Assembly: GCF_004010195.1 (NCBI RefSeq)
Contig: NC_057733.1
Location: forward strand, 52,066,228-52,130,227
Reading direction: 5' to 3'
DNA from: Chiloscyllium plagiosum
Lineage: Eukaryota
DNA length: 64,000 nt
This document shows positions 10,563-23,639 of the stretch, in pieces; position 1 is the first letter of the stretch; the number at the start of each line of letters is the position of its first letter. The translations under genes were made by a program, and so were the position numbers. A model generated the notes under the pieces. That model was not told the origin of the DNA, searched no databases, and worked only from the letters and a program-made list of their open reading frames with translations.

Positions 10563-12164
10563 TTACTGAATATAGTCAATGAGGTAATTGAATTGAACAT
10601 TAACTGAACTGAGCATAAAGAAGAATCAGTGTTGAACATTTTATTTCTAGTTTTTTTCTGCCTCATTACTTCTGAAATGTACTCCCCTGTAGTAAATGTT
10701 TGTTTCTGCATAGTAAAAGTGTTAAAGTGCAAACAAAATAAATCTTTTTGCATAAATTGTCAGAATTGCCTCACTAGATTTTCCAATTGTGCACTTTTCT
10801 CTGAATAGACTGATGTTTCACCTGAAAATTGGATACTTTAACTGTTTGTGGGCATGTTGAAGCAACCTTTAAGAGTTTTAAGTGATATTTGGGGAGTCTT
10901 TGAGAACTGTCTTTTTGCCATCTGAGTGCAGTGGAACGGTGCAAAACAGAATAAGTATGTTTTAAACAGGATGTTGAGATTTCCTTTCATTATAAATAAA
11001 CTTTTGCACCAGAATAGACTTCCCAGTTGACAAGCAGGCACTGTGCAGGGCTTTGTAATTGTCTTAAATGACTTAATTCTGATACATAGACGACAGCACT
11101 ATGTGGTGTTTTGTCGTGTTCTGAATCTCCCTTTGTAGATTATTTTGAATACTTTTACTGTTATGTTTTAATTCAGAGAGATCTGATTAAAATCTTTAAG
11201 TAAAGATTCCTGTAGACTGACTTTTTCTCATTAGTGCCACTTTAACCCGATTGTTGTTCCTGTCTGATATTATGAAATATAAACTGAGTGCGATATTTGT
11301 CCTTGAGCATGAAATTTGGTTGGTATTTGCTGGATTTGAAACAGTTCACATTCTGAGGTGGCAAATAGTCCAGCTTGCTAGTGGCTTTAATGAGCATTAT
11401 GGACACTTAAGTAATGGAAATGATATTAAGTTGAATGTTTGCCTACATTGAGTATTGTAATGCTCCTTTCCGATTTTAAATTATTTACTATAGGAACAGG
11501 TCACATTGTAATAGTCCACAGGGTTTGTTGATCTAATCTTGTTCATTTTACAAAGACAAGTATGGTTAAAGCTGCAGTTTTTTTTTCGAAAGTTTGGTAC
11601 AGGATAATTCTAATCAGTTGTCTCGTGCACATTTGATTGTAAGGATCTAATTCCGATCCCACCAAAGTAAACTAAGTTTGTTAATAAGCAAACTGCATTC
11701 AGTATAACATCAGTTTGCAACTTTGCGTTCAACAAGTTCACTGTTCATTACCGCAACACGTGTTAAAGTTAGTTTGATATATCTTGGGGGGGGGGAAAAA
11801 AGTGTGGGCATGGGGCCAGGCACTTGGCCTAACATCAAACAAGATGCTTGGATTATAAATTGTCTGGTTTAACCGGAGAGAGATGAATGGGAAGGAAGTT
11901 GTAGAAATGATCCTTCCCACAATGGCTTGAGTTTTCCTAATAGGGCAGGACTTTGGCTAAATCTGAGTTAATCCAAATTTCTTATGGTAAATCAATTCAA
12001 CCTTCCATTATGTTTCAACATACAACCAAATAAGCCTCACTTAAATTGTTGATGACCAGAACCAATCTACCTGGCAAGAAATGTTTAATTCGTGCTGTTC
12101 AGACCACGGGATCTATAAATGAGCATGCTTAATATGGGAAATGTCTACTTTTTTAAATGTTGTT

Positions 12165-12445
12165 AGAACGTAGAATGATAGTGCAGTGCAGGCCCTTTGC
12201 CCCACAATGTTGCGCCGACCTATGAAATTAATCTAATGTTCATCTAACCTACACCGTTCCATTATTATCCTTATGTATGTCCAATGCCCATTTAAATGCC
12301 CTTAACATCAGCGAGTCTACTACTGTTGCGGGTAGAATGTCCCCTCTGTTGGCCTTGTCCATCTAAGGAAAAATGTTCTCACTGACCACCCTATCTAACC
12401 CTCTGATTATCTTGCATGTCTCGATTAAGACACCTCTCAATCTTT
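12165..12445 (-). mobile_element. CR1 3' end (same subfamily as 42425-44060)
   Basis: Near-identical to 42425-42770 (CCATTTAAATGCCCTTAACATCAGCGAGTCTACTACTG). Confidence 0.85.
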
Positions 12446-13185
12446 GTTGTGCTTTTTTTATTTAAATACTTCCAAAAAATTTATAGATACTTTGGTATTA
12501 TTGTATGATATATGTAGTTTATCTTGGTTAATAGGAATGGGGGCCAAATGTCCATAAGTTATTAACCTTTCTTGTTCATAGAGTTGCCAATTCAATGACT
12601 ACAGAATATTATTGCTAATCTGTATCCTGACTGAAGTACGTCACTTATATCCTTGATGTCAGGTCTATTTCTAATAGTATGTAACTATTACAGATCTCTA
12701 GCATTAAGAGATTCTCGTGGAAAAACCCCTGTGCTAAAATGGGTGATGGAAATTCTGTGATAATTGGATTGTCCAGAAAGAATCATTGTTTAACTCATCT
12801 GAGAGATTTTGATGCTGAGCATAGAATATAGAAATTTATTTTTCTTTAAAACACTAAATCCCATGTCTTGAGTGTGTGTTATTTTACTCTGGTCTTATTT
12901 TGTCACTGGAAATTTTACTAGATTCAAAGCAAGCTCATTGTCACCTTGTGATAAAGTGGTTAAGATTGGTGGTTGCATGTGAAATTTACATTTCAGTTTG
13001 AAACAATCTGAAGAAGTTTTGAAATAAATGAGTTGGAGTTTTTGCTGCACATACCCCCTGATTCCAAACAAGTTGAGATGAAACAGACCCTGTTTTGTTT
13101 TAGTTAACTTGGTTGATGCGTTTCTCATTAAATGTCATCACCAAATCCAACAGTTAGTTGACCATTAGTTAAATTTGCTGCTTGT

Positions 13186-13365
13186 GCAGTCCTCTGTATC
13201 CACGAGCGTTCAGTTCCTGAGAATCCCTGTGAATGATGAAATTTGAGAGTAAAGAGTTCAGTTGAAAGGAGGCTAGAAATTTTGCCCATTGATGTTGAAT
13301 TTTGTTACTTAGATTTTTGGCACAGATTGGCAAATTTGTAATTTTGCGGATAGAGGATTTACTAT
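13186..13365. mobile_element. Possible Tigger/Tc1-mariner-type MITE, old
   Basis: Imperfect terminal inverted repeats CAGTCCTCTGTATCCACG / GCGGATAGAGGATTTACTATA. Confidence 0.35.
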
Positions 13366-13925
13366 ATCATGTGATTTGCAACATTAGCCATCTTTGGAAG
13401 GACAAGAGACAGTAAAATGTTTCAGGACTCATTTTGTCTCTGACCGTTATATCGATACTGTCTCTAATTCCCAGACATCACACTTTATGAAGGCTGCCAA
13501 AGCCTTAGAGTGACTACAGTGACTAAGCATTTAAATTAGGTAGGGAAATTGAGGCTTGCTTTTGAGAAATGTTTAAGGGGACAACTTGATAGCTGTTCAA
13601 AATAAAAGCTGGTTTTGGTCAAGCCAGTGAGAAGTTCTAAACATGAATTTCTGGATTTTAGTTTGGAATAAAGATGGGGCAATATGCGCGTGAGAAAATG
13701 TAGCATGTTAAAGACTGAACTACTTGGATCAATCTTTCTGGATCAAACAGCCTCATTTGATAAAATTATTAGTCATGTTTCTTTCTCGGTCCTAGGCTAG
13801 TTCTGCAGTTTGTGTGTTATTTCAATTCATAATTGATTCAATGCATTAAAAATCTTTTGTACCTTGGTATTCTTAGTACATTGTCTCAGCAACATTTGAA
13901 ATTTGTGACTTTTTGTCGTGCATAG

Positions 13926-14064
13926 GTTCATAAGGAAACGATAGATGCTGTTCCAAATGCAATCCCAGGAAGAACAGATATTGAATTAGAAATCTATGGA
14001 ATGGAAGGGATTCCCGAAAAGGATATGGAAGAAAGGAGACGATTGCTTGAACAAAAGACTCAAG
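13926..14064 (+). CDS. ZNF207: ZNF207 exon 3 (GLEBS/Bub3-binding region)
   Basis: [46 protein letters not shown]; AG / GTGAGT boundaries. Confidence 0.97.
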
Positions 14065-14589
14065 GTGAGTAGTGTCATATTCTCTTATCAATTTAATGTT
14101 AAAGTAAGTTTCTATTATCTCTCATGGCATTAAGACTCAGCCATTGTTTCCACAAGTGCTTTTCCCAAGCAAGAAAAAACATTTGTTCCAGTGCCAACTA
14201 GAATAAAGTCTTATTTCAAGTTGGGGTGGGGGGAGAAAAACACAATCAGCAAGTTGTAAGGAGAATGAATCACTTTTTTGTTTATTATTCCTGTGGAGCC
14301 TTGAAAGTGAATGCTGTTAGCATATTTGACCGTGTATACTTTGCCTTAGGTTTACTTCTGACAGACATTTCAGGGCAAAAATTGAGAATGAGAATCCGAG
14401 TGCTTTCTCCCTTTTAAATTACCACTTGAATCACCTCATGGATAAATTGAATCATTGAAGTGGCAATTGTCTTGTGACACTGAACTATACTGTAGACAGA
14501 TGGGGAAGCCAAATCAGGTCAAGTATATTTGCATTACCCTCTCAATCATTTGTGTGCAGTTAAATAACAATAAATCAGGTAGTTTTACT

Positions 14590-14750
14590 TTTGGTGATAT
14601 CTATTGAGGTGTAATGTTGACTAGGATATAGGGAGAACTCCCCTAACCTTGCGGAACGCCTGGGATCTTCTACTTTGGAATCTTTTAAATGTCTAATCTG
14701 GAAGGTAATGCCTCTGATGTCCAGAGGTTCCTCAGTACCTGGCTTCTCCT
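14590..14750 (-). mobile_element. Old Deu-domain SINE fragment
   Basis: Diverged similarity to 59150-59400. Confidence 0.45.
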
Positions 14751-15544
14751 TTAAGACACACTCTCTTTAAAACTTAATTTTTGACCAAGCATTTTGTCAC
14801 CAGTAATATCTCCTTGGATGGCTTGATGTAACTTTGTTTTGTGCTTCTGTGAATCGTCTTATGATATTCCATTCATAACTTGTATTTACATAGCTCTTTG
14901 CACTGAGTGAATTGAAAGTTTTTTTTAATATCAATTTGTTCAGGCTGGTAAAGAAAGTAACAAATTACACTTCTTGTAGATTATGGAGTTTGATTAAAAA
15001 CAGTAAATTGTATTGAGTTGTGATTTTCTTTGACTCCTATTTGTCTTTCATTCGTGAGGGATGGTTTCAAATGCTCTATCAATCGCACCAACATTCTATC
15101 TTGCCCAAGTGAATGAGAAAGGCCATTAGCTGAATGTGGTAAAGTTTCAACCACGAACACTTTTGCACTTTTTCCACTATGATCACTTGCTAATGATCCA
15201 GAATGGAAACTCTTTGAATAGCCAGTGAGACTCCATCACTCTAGCTTACTTAGTGTGAACCATATGTATTTAACTGATCTTGAATTGACTGGATATCTTT
15301 CAATGTGGAATTTCACAATGTAGGGCTGTACATTGACTGAATGGATAATTTCATTTTGTAATGTGGCACGAGGCTGCAAAGGCAAGGAGTTCCCATGGTT
15401 TTGCTTTTGAACTTCATGGAATGGTCGGGATGGAAGTGCTGTCTTGGGTCTTTTAACATTGAAGAGAGGCATAATTAGTCGTAACAGTTGGAAGTTTTGC
15501 TGGAAATGCACTATAATAAAACAAAGTTTAGTCTGTTATGTTAT

Positions 15545-15850
15545 TTAGATTAGATTACTTACAGTATGGAAACAGGCCCTTCAGCCCAACAAGTCCACAC
15601 CGACCCGCCAAAACTCAACCCAGCCATACCCCTAAATTTACCCCTTCACCTAACACTACGAGCAATTTAGACTGTGGGAGGAAACCAGAGCACCCGGAGG
15701 AAACCCACGCAGACACTGGGAGAATGTGCAAACTCCACACAGTCAGTCGCCTGAGGCGGGAATTGAACCCGGGTCTCTGGCGCTGTGAGACAACAGTGCT
15801 AACCACAGTGCCACCGTACCGCACCAACCACTGCCACTGTGCCGCACCAC
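15545..15850 (-). mobile_element. HE1/V-SINE, full length, young, with duplicated 5' tip
   Basis: tRNA-like head (GGTTAGCACTG, GGTTCAATTCC), V-domain and CR1-like tail ending TAATCTAATCTAA. Confidence 0.9.
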
Positions 15851-16076
15851 GTATCTGTTAACCAATTGGGACACACTGTCCATGTTGTCTGTATTGAATG
15901 GTCACCCATGTTGTCTACCTTTCATTAATTCCGTGGTATAAAGATGTCTACTGGAGAATGATAAAAGAAAGTATTTGTGGACAGATTAAAGCTGATTATA
16001 AATGTGTTGTGCTGAACTTGCTTCCTTCCAAGCTGCTTTACAATGCAAGTGTTCAAACATTTGTATTTTTCACTAG

Positions 16077-16250
16077 CGGAAAGTCAAAAAAAGAAGCAGA
16101 AAGATGATGATTCTGATGAGTTTGATGATGACGATGCAGAAGCTGGGACTTCGTACCAGCAGCAAGGGATGCAGCAACAACAGAATTTTGTTTCGAGTAT
16201 GAACCAGTCAAGCATACACCCTGTATCGGGTGCACCTGGAATTCCTCCAG
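16077..16250 (+). CDS. ZNF207: ZNF207 exon 4
   Basis: (A)ESQKKKQKDDDSDEFDDDD...GAPGIPP; phase 1 to 1, 174 nt. Confidence 0.95.
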
Positions 16251-16409
16251 GTGACACAATCTACTTTATTCTTTCTTAGAACCCCTGCTTTGCGTGACCG
16301 AAGTGAGATGATTGAGCTTGTCCTGCTGTACTTATTTACTTTTGGTTCCATTGGGCAAAAGAGAGCATGTTTAATTTTACTAATTTAGCAGAATGTGTAT
16401 TGTGGGTTA

Positions 16410-16600
16410 GAACAATAGAATCCCTACAGTGTGGAAAGAAACCACTTGGCCAGCCAAGTCTACGCTGACCCTCCAAAGAGATTTCCACCCAGTCCCAGAC
16501 CACCACCCTATCCCTCTAACCCTGCATTTACCACGGCCAGTCCACCTAACCTGCACATCTTTGGAGCAAACTGGGGCACCCGAAGGGGAAACACACTTTT
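16410..16600 (-). mobile_element. HE1/V-SINE 3' half
   Basis: CCACCTAACCTGCACATCTTTGGA plus tail. Confidence 0.75.
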
Positions 16601-16984
16601 TTTTTCTAGATTAAGTTTAATGCTTATGTTTGGTTTGCATTCCCCAATGAGTATCTTTTGCTACTAGCCATGACTTTGTATCAGCAGTCAGATTCTTTTG
16701 GGAAACATTACCTGGGTCTCTGGAATACTTGTTTAGCAATAATACTTCCAGGCCATTGCCACCCCAAGCTTGAAAAAAAGTATCATAAGAATTCATCTAT
16801 TGAACTAGAAATAAAAAGGGCCAATTACTGACCAGGAAGCTGGACTGTAAGCAGTTTAAAGTTTCCTTGATCTCAAGGCTCCTTTATTTTTCATGAGCTG
16901 TGCATTGGAGATCTTCTGTATATGCACTTCTTAATTATTTCAATAATTTTCCACTCCGGCCTAAAAGTTTATTTTCTGATCAAC

Positions 16985-19020
16985 TTATGACAGCAGAGAA
17001 ATAAGGCAGGGCAGATAACTGAAGTGTCAGTGGGGGAAGTGCTTTGGGTCCAGCGACCATAATTCTACTGGTTTTAAAATAGTGATGGAAAAGGATAGAC
17101 CGGATCTAAAAGTTGAAGTTCTAAGATGGAGGAAGGCCAATTTTGATGGTATTAGGCAAGAACTTACAAAAGCTGATGGGGGGCAAATGTCAGCAAGTAA
17201 AGGGACAGCTGGAAAATGGGAAGCTTTCAAAAATTAGGTAACTAGTTTAGAGACAGTATGTTCTTGTTAAGGTGAAAGGAAAGGATGGGACGTGTAGGCA
17301 ATGCTGGATGACTAGAGAAAGAGGTTTTGGTTAAGAGAAAGAAGGAAGCATGTGTCAGGTATAGACAGGAGAGATTGAGTGAATCCTTAGAATATAAAGG
17401 CATGAGAAGTATCCTAAAGAAGGAAAACAGGAGGGCAAAAATGGGACATGAGATAGCTTTGGCAAATAGGGTTAAGAGAATCCAAAGGCCTTTTACAAAT
17501 ACATTAAGGAGAAAAGGGTGAGAATAGGGTCCCTCAAAGATCAGTGAGGTAACCTATGTGTGGAGCTGCAGGAAATGGATTCAAATGAGTATTTTTGGAT
17601 CTGTGTTTACTGTGGAGAGGGACATGGAAGGAATAGAATGTGGGGAAATAGATGGAGACATCTTGAAAACTGTCCATATTACAAAGGAGGCCGTGCTGGA
17701 TGTCTTGAAATGCATAAAAGTGGATAAATGCCCAGGACCTGAAAGTGTACCCTAGAACTCTGTGGGAAGCTAGGGAAGTGATTGCTGGGCTCCTTGCTTG
17801 GATATTTCTATCACTGGTAGTCACTGGTGATGTGCTGAAAGTCTGGGGTTTGGCTAACATGATGCCACTATTTAAAAGGGTGGTAAGGAGAAGCCAGGGA
17901 ACTATAGACCGGTGAGCCTGATATCGGTGGGCAGATTGTTGGCGGGAATCCTGATAGACAGGATTTACATGTATTTGGAAGGTGAAGGACTGATTAGGGA
18001 TAGTCAACATGACTTTGTGCGTGGGAAATCATGTCTCTCAAACTTGATTGAGTTTTTTGAAGAAGTAGCAAAGATTGATGGCAGAGCAGTTGATGTGATC
18101 TATATGGACTTCGGTTAGGCGTTTGACTAGGTTCCTCAGGGGAGACTGGTTAACAAGGTTAGGTCTCATGGAATGTAGGGAGAACTATCCATTTGCATAC
18201 AGAACTAGTTCAAAATTGGAAGTCGGAGGGTTGATTTTCACACTGGAGGCCTGTGACCAGTGCTGTGTCACAACGATCGGTACTGGGTCCACTACTGTTC
18301 ATCATTTATGTAAATAATTTGGATGTGAACATAGGTATAGTTAGTAGGTTTGCAGATGACACCAAAATTAGATGTGTAGTGGACAGCGAAGAAGGTTACC
18401 TCAGATTACCACAGGATCTTGATCAGATGGCCCAGTGGGCGGAGTGGCGGCAGAAGGAGTTTAATTTAGATAAATGTGAGGTGCTGCATTTTGGGAAAGC
18501 AAATCTTAGCAGGACTTAATATATTTAATGGTTAGGTCCTAGGGAGTGTTGCTGGACAAAGAGACCTTGGAGTGCAGGTTCATAGCTCCTTGAAAGTGGA
18601 GTTGCATGTAGATAGGATAGTGAAGAAAGTGTTTGGTATGCTTTCCTTTATTGGTCAGAGCATTGAGTACAGGAGTTGGGAGGTCATGTTGTGGCTGTAC
18701 AAGACATTGGTTAGGCCACTTAGAATATAGTGTTCAGTTCTGTTCTTCCTATGGGAAAGATGTGTTCAGAGAAGATTTACAAGGATTTTGCCAGAGTTGG
18801 AGGATTTGAGCTGTAGGGAGTGGACGAATAGGCTGGAGCTGTTTTCCCTGGAGTGTCTGAGGCTGTGGGGTGACTTTATAGAGGTTTATAAAATCGCGAG
18901 AAGCATGGATAGGGTAAATAGACAAAAGTCCTTTCCCTGGGGTGACTAAGTCCTGATCTAGAAGGGTATAGGTTTAGGGTGAGAGGGGAAAGATATAAAA
19001 GGGACCTAAGGGACAGCATT
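16985..19020 (+). mobile_element. CR1 LINE fragment in ZNF207 intron 4
   Basis: Frameshifted ORF2 pieces: [48 protein letters not shown]. Confidence 0.95.
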
Positions 19021-19109
19021 TTATTTGACATCAGGCACATTCCTTGATCGGAGTGTTCCAGGATTATTTGTGAATTTAGTCTTTACACGGCTGCATTTAT
19101 TTTTTTCAG

Positions 19110-19185
19110 GGATGCCACCAGTGGTCCCAGGTGTTCCTCCCATGATGCCAGGAATGCCACCAGTAATGCCAGGAATGCCTCCAGG
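19110..19185 (+). CDS. ZNF207: ZNF207 exon 5
   Basis: GMPPVVPGVPPMMPGMPPVMPGMPP(G); TTTCAG / GTTAGT boundaries. Confidence 0.95.
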
Positions 19186-19745
19186 GTTAGTGTTCTCAAT
19201 TTATTTAATGGCACGAGTTTGCTTTTATGTCTTGGTCTTGTCTATGTATATTAATTGTGTGATTATAAGATGAGCTCGCTAGGCTCTAATTACCCTTGCT
19301 TCCCAGCATTAAGGTGGGAAATGATGCTTCCTCAAATCCAGGTTTCTAACTGCCTGATGTTTGCTCAGAACGATTTAAATTTGTGAATTGTGAGAAATGA
19401 ATTTTCATTTAAAGAAGTTCTGATCTGTTTTCTGCTTTAACTTTATGGTTCCATGTGAGTTACTTTGATGTCTTTCCAAATTGCCCATTATTTACCAGTG
19501 GGTATTGACCCAAAGTTGTGTGAAATAGATGCGGTTTCAGCTACAGGCGCTGATAGAAATCATACACAGTAACTCTGGCTGGCTTCCCACTGCCATTCAC
19601 CTTAACCTGGTATGCAAAGGCAGTTTTAGCCCCCAAAATCTAAATTGCATTTTGATGTCTGTATTACCTATGCATCACTGAGTCCTTATCTTTATATTCA
19701 ATCTTGATTTTGAAATGTGATTTATGTTCACTCTTGTTATAACAG

Positions 19746-19816
19746 GATGATGCCCATGGGTGGAATGATGCCTCCAGGACCTGGAATGCCACCCATGATG
19801 CCAGGCATGCATCCTG
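19746..19816 (+). CDS. ZNF207: ZNF207 exon 6
   Basis: MMPMGGMMPPGPGMPPMMPGMHP; AACAG / GTGGGT boundaries. Confidence 0.93.
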
Positions 19817-20519
19817 GTGGGTATTTGAAAACAGTTGGCAGCAATTTAGGTCTGTATGCAGAGAATCTTGGCATCAAGTTATTTAGAGCAATACATAAAT
19901 GTACTGTTATGTCCCAAAGCACTTATTTCCATATATTGATGTGATTAGTCAAATTTAGCTTTGGTAGCAAGAGAGATGCTTTTTGTACATGCTGCATCTC
20001 TACTTGCATATGCTCACCTAAATGTCTCATATCTGCCTTGAATAACTTCTTGTGACCCGTAAATTATGTAAAATCATTTTGAAAAACAATTTTAAAAAAA
20101 AAATCCAGTCTTTATACCAATTACTGTGAAATCATAGAATTAGACATAAAATCCACATAATACATTTTATAGGTGTCTGGTAATCTTTAATGGGGGCACT
20201 ATTCAGTGACAGTTGAACCTGTGGCTTCTGTCTTTTACCATTTGATGTACATGCAGATCCCTGTATCCACTACTGTAGCAGTACTAATCCACTTTAAGGG
20301 AAATACAGTTTTCTAGACTTGGGTGATGCCACAGGAGATCCAATGGTATTTTTATTTTTAAAAGAAAGCACCTTATGTCAGAAAAAAAATCTCAAACTTG
20401 TAAATCAGTTTGACAGAGAATTGAGTGTGAGTAATTAACAAGTCCAAATGATTGTTCCCTACCTGGAGGAAGCACCAATAAAAGATGTTGTGCAACTCAT
20501 CAGATGAAGTCTATTGTAA

Positions 20520-20590
20520 TAACAGGTGGGACTTGAACCCCAGCCTCCTATTCCAGAGGTATGGGCATTCTCACTGTACCACAAATCCTT
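20520..20590 (-). mobile_element. Short tRNA-derived SINE
   Basis: B-box GGTTCAAGTCCC on the minus strand; a related copy is at ~45765-45870 (+). Confidence 0.5.
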
Positions 20591-20599
20591 GCAAATGTC

Positions 20600-21430
20600 T
20601 TAACCGTAACTGTCTTCACCTGTTTCATCAATGACCTTCCCTCATTCATAAGGTCAGAAGTGGAGATAAATTGTTTTCACTACTATTTCCAACTCCTCAA
20701 GTAGTGATGCACTGCATACCAATGCCAGCATACAAGAAGACCCGGCCAACATTCAAGCTTGGACTAAAGTCTGTTGCAGATTTTGCTTGCCAGTTAAGTA
20801 CCAAATGCTGACAATCAATGCATGACATACAACAGGATTGCCCTCACTACATTGCCCCCATATGAAAATCCTGAGGGGTTGTCATTAATCAAATTTTTGT
20901 GTAACTAGCATTTTAAATAGTGTGGCTATAAGAGCAGGTTAGGCACTGGGAATTCTTCAGTGGGTATGTTGCCTATTAAATTCGCAGGCATTCCTGGCAC
21001 CAGTCTTTTGTCCGTTTGTATGTGGTTTTGGAAGCCTTTCATCCAGGATAAAGCAGTACTTGATTGGCACCATATTCATCACATTAATAATTCACTCGCT
21101 TCCCACCAGTACACAGTGGTTATCTTAAATACATTGCAGGAATTCAGTGTACTTTGACAGCACCTTTCATTGCTGTCTGAAAGGACAAGGGAGGATACTC
21201 AGGTATATGGGAACATCACAGTCTGCAAGTTTCCCTTCAAGTCACATATCATCCTGGCTTGAAACTGTATCACCATTACCTCTGTAATTGTGCTAAAATC
21301 ATGGAACTCCCTCGTGTACAGCACTGGCTCGACCTCGACCATATGGCATGCATTAATTCAAAAAGGTAGCTCACCATTTTTCTAGGATAATTGGAAATGG
21401 GCAATAAATGCTGGTCTTCGCAGCAACATC
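20600..21430 (+). mobile_element. Old L2/CR1-group LINE fragment
   Basis: TTCATCAATGACCTTCCCTC RT remnant; tail shared with 2340-2600. Confidence 0.65.
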
Positions 21431-22236
21431 TCTCTTGAACAAATTTTAATTTTCAACTTTCTTCATAATTCTACTATTTATTGCCCCCCTGCAATTAATA
21501 TGGCATTTATCCTATAATTGAGTTTTCAAAGCTCTACTTGATATTTCTACATTAACGAGTCAAATGCTGCACTCTGCTGATACAACAAATGCAGCTTTGC
21601 CAACATTCTCTGCCAATTTAGCCTTTCTTTTATTTGCCCTGTAAATTAAACTCTCAACTCTTTACTTTATGTTCTTATACTTTTGCACCTATTATCTACA
21701 TTTGAATATTAGCATTTTCAGGAAGAGTTTCTTAGAGGTAAGGGAATCAAAGAGTATGAGGAGAAAGTGGGAACAGGGTACTAAATAGGAAAATCAGCCA
21801 TGATGACATTGAATGACAGAACAGGCTTAAAGGCCCACTAATTCTAAATTTTAAGATTTCTGTTCCTCAGTTCATCTAATTTCTTCCACTATAAACTGGT
21901 AATAAATTCTGAGCTTTATCTATCCAGGTAAATATTTGAAGACACTACTGATGCAGAATATTCAATGTCTTTTTTTTTTAAAGAAAGCATGTAAACCTAA
22001 GACTACTTTATAGATTAATGTAATCTGATGACCGTTTACAGTCTCCAAATAAATCAGTGGTTTTGTTGGTAAGTAAGTAAATTGATTCAAATGAACTTGG
22101 ATTTCTGAACAATATTCTTTGTATTAAGTAAGTATTTTGCAGCAATTAATTGAAGTTCAAGATTGCACCTTAACTGTTTTGCAAGGCTTTAGGTCTTGTT
22201 TGATTTCTTTCTAATAGTTTTCTTGTATCATTCCAG

Positions 22237-22385
22237 GTATGCCACCGCCTGTTCCACGTCCAGGTGGACCATCAATGACCCAGTCGCAGCCGGTGGTTCC
22301 ACCTGGTTTACCCAGTCGAGCACCATTACCTGGACCTAGTCCACAGCCTCCCATTGCAAAGCCACTCTTCCCCAGTGCCGGCCAA
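22237..22385 (+). CDS. ZNF207: ZNF207 exon 7
   Basis: GMPPPVPRPGGPSMTQSQ...KPLFPSAGQ; donor GTAAGC. Confidence 0.95.
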
Positions 22386-22659
22386 GTAAGCACGTGTTAA
22401 TGGGCATTATCAGTGTTGGAATATCTTGTTTACCTGTGAAATATCAGTGCACCATGACTGTTTCCTGATGTGTGAATAACTTTAGTCTCTATCTGGTCTA
22501 GATGAGGTCTACAAGTATTCAGGGTTCTCTGTAAACTGTTTCATAGGAACTTTAAGTGCCTCTAGGTTTTAATGCATTTAATTTCTGACAGTCACCCTTA
22601 TAGTGTAGAGTACTGGCAGCTGATGAGGATTTTCATTGTCTGCTCTTTTTATGCTTCAG

Positions 22660-22764
22660 ATGGGGACTCGTGTTTCGAGCACAACTACAGCCTCCACAAC
22701 AGCTTCATCAAATTCAGCAAATCTCTCAACTTCCTCTAAACCTCTGTTTCCTAGTGCAGCACAA
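22660..22764 (+). CDS. ZNF207: ZNF207 exon 8 (symmetric 105-nt cassette; equivalent of human alternative exon 9)
   Basis: MGTRVSSTTTASTTASSNSANLSTSSKPLFPSAAQ; TTCAG / GTACGC boundaries; phase 0-0. Confidence 0.9.
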
Positions 22765-23227
22765 GTACGCAGGCAGATTCCATCAATTCTGGTGTTAGAC
22801 TAATTCACAGTGCTTCACTTGCCAGAATAATTCTTGAGCATGCTATAAACTAGCTTTAGAGGCTTTTGGAGTGTGTATGGGCTGTGCAATGCTAATCTGG
22901 TGTAGTGTGCTGTACTACTTTGTAGAGTTAGCATTTCTATATAAAAAGCAATCACAAATACACATCCGGCAGCTTTATATCTGCAGATACTGCTGAAGGT
23001 TTGCCAGTTTAAATTGAGCTATTTGTTCTAAATTTCACATTTTTTTTGTTCCTCTAATGCTTCTGAGGATACTTAATCTGAATTGTCAGTACAATTGAAA
23101 CTTGTAAACCTGCATTTTTAGAATAGCATGTTTTTTGGAAAATTAAACTGCTTTGCTTGTGGCTTGGTTTTGATTTTTATTTTGGGATATGCAATAAATC
23201 TAACTTCTTGTGGTGTTAATTCAACAG

Positions 23228-23470
23228 AGCCAGCAATCTGTTTCTGGACCTGTGGGTACGGATTTTAAACCCCTCAACAGTACGCCTGCTACTACTGCAG
23301 AACCTCCAAAGCCCACATTCCCAGCATACACACAGTCAACAGCTACTGCTACCAGCACGTCAAGCAGTTCTACAGCCAAACCAACCATCCCTGTAACTAG
23401 TAAGCCTGCCACTCTAACTACAACTAGTGCAACTAGTAAGTTGATCCATCCAGATGAGGATATATCTCTG
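23228..23470 (+). CDS. ZNF207: ZNF207 exon 9
   Basis: SQQSVSGPVGTDFKPLNSTP...SATSKLIHPDEDISL; donor GTAAGT. Confidence 0.96.
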
Positions 23471-23639
23471 GTAAGTGTGTAAGTCATTCTTCAAACATTC
23501 AAACAAAATCCTTTTGTCTTAATTGGATTTAACTTGTGTGCCAGACTGATATTTAAAAAAAAAAGTAATGGGTTTTAAACTTGTATCGCTTTAAAGAAAA
23601 CTAATGCACCTGTGCAATTTTCTTTTATCTGCTGCTTAG

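Noticed and set aside
10254-13925. ZNF207 intron 2 donor GTATCTTA resembles a U12 donor
   Set aside because: It lacks the CC of GTATCCTT, and no CCTTRAC branch site precedes the acceptor at 13925; treated as U2-type.
22615-22660. CTGATGA as a hammerhead core or snoRNA box C
   Set aside because: No following stem plus GAAA, and no box D with a terminal stem; it overlaps the probable branch region of exon 8.
22835-22965. Two hairpins as an H/ACA snoRNA
   Set aside because: No ANANNA hinge between the hairpins and no correctly placed ACA.
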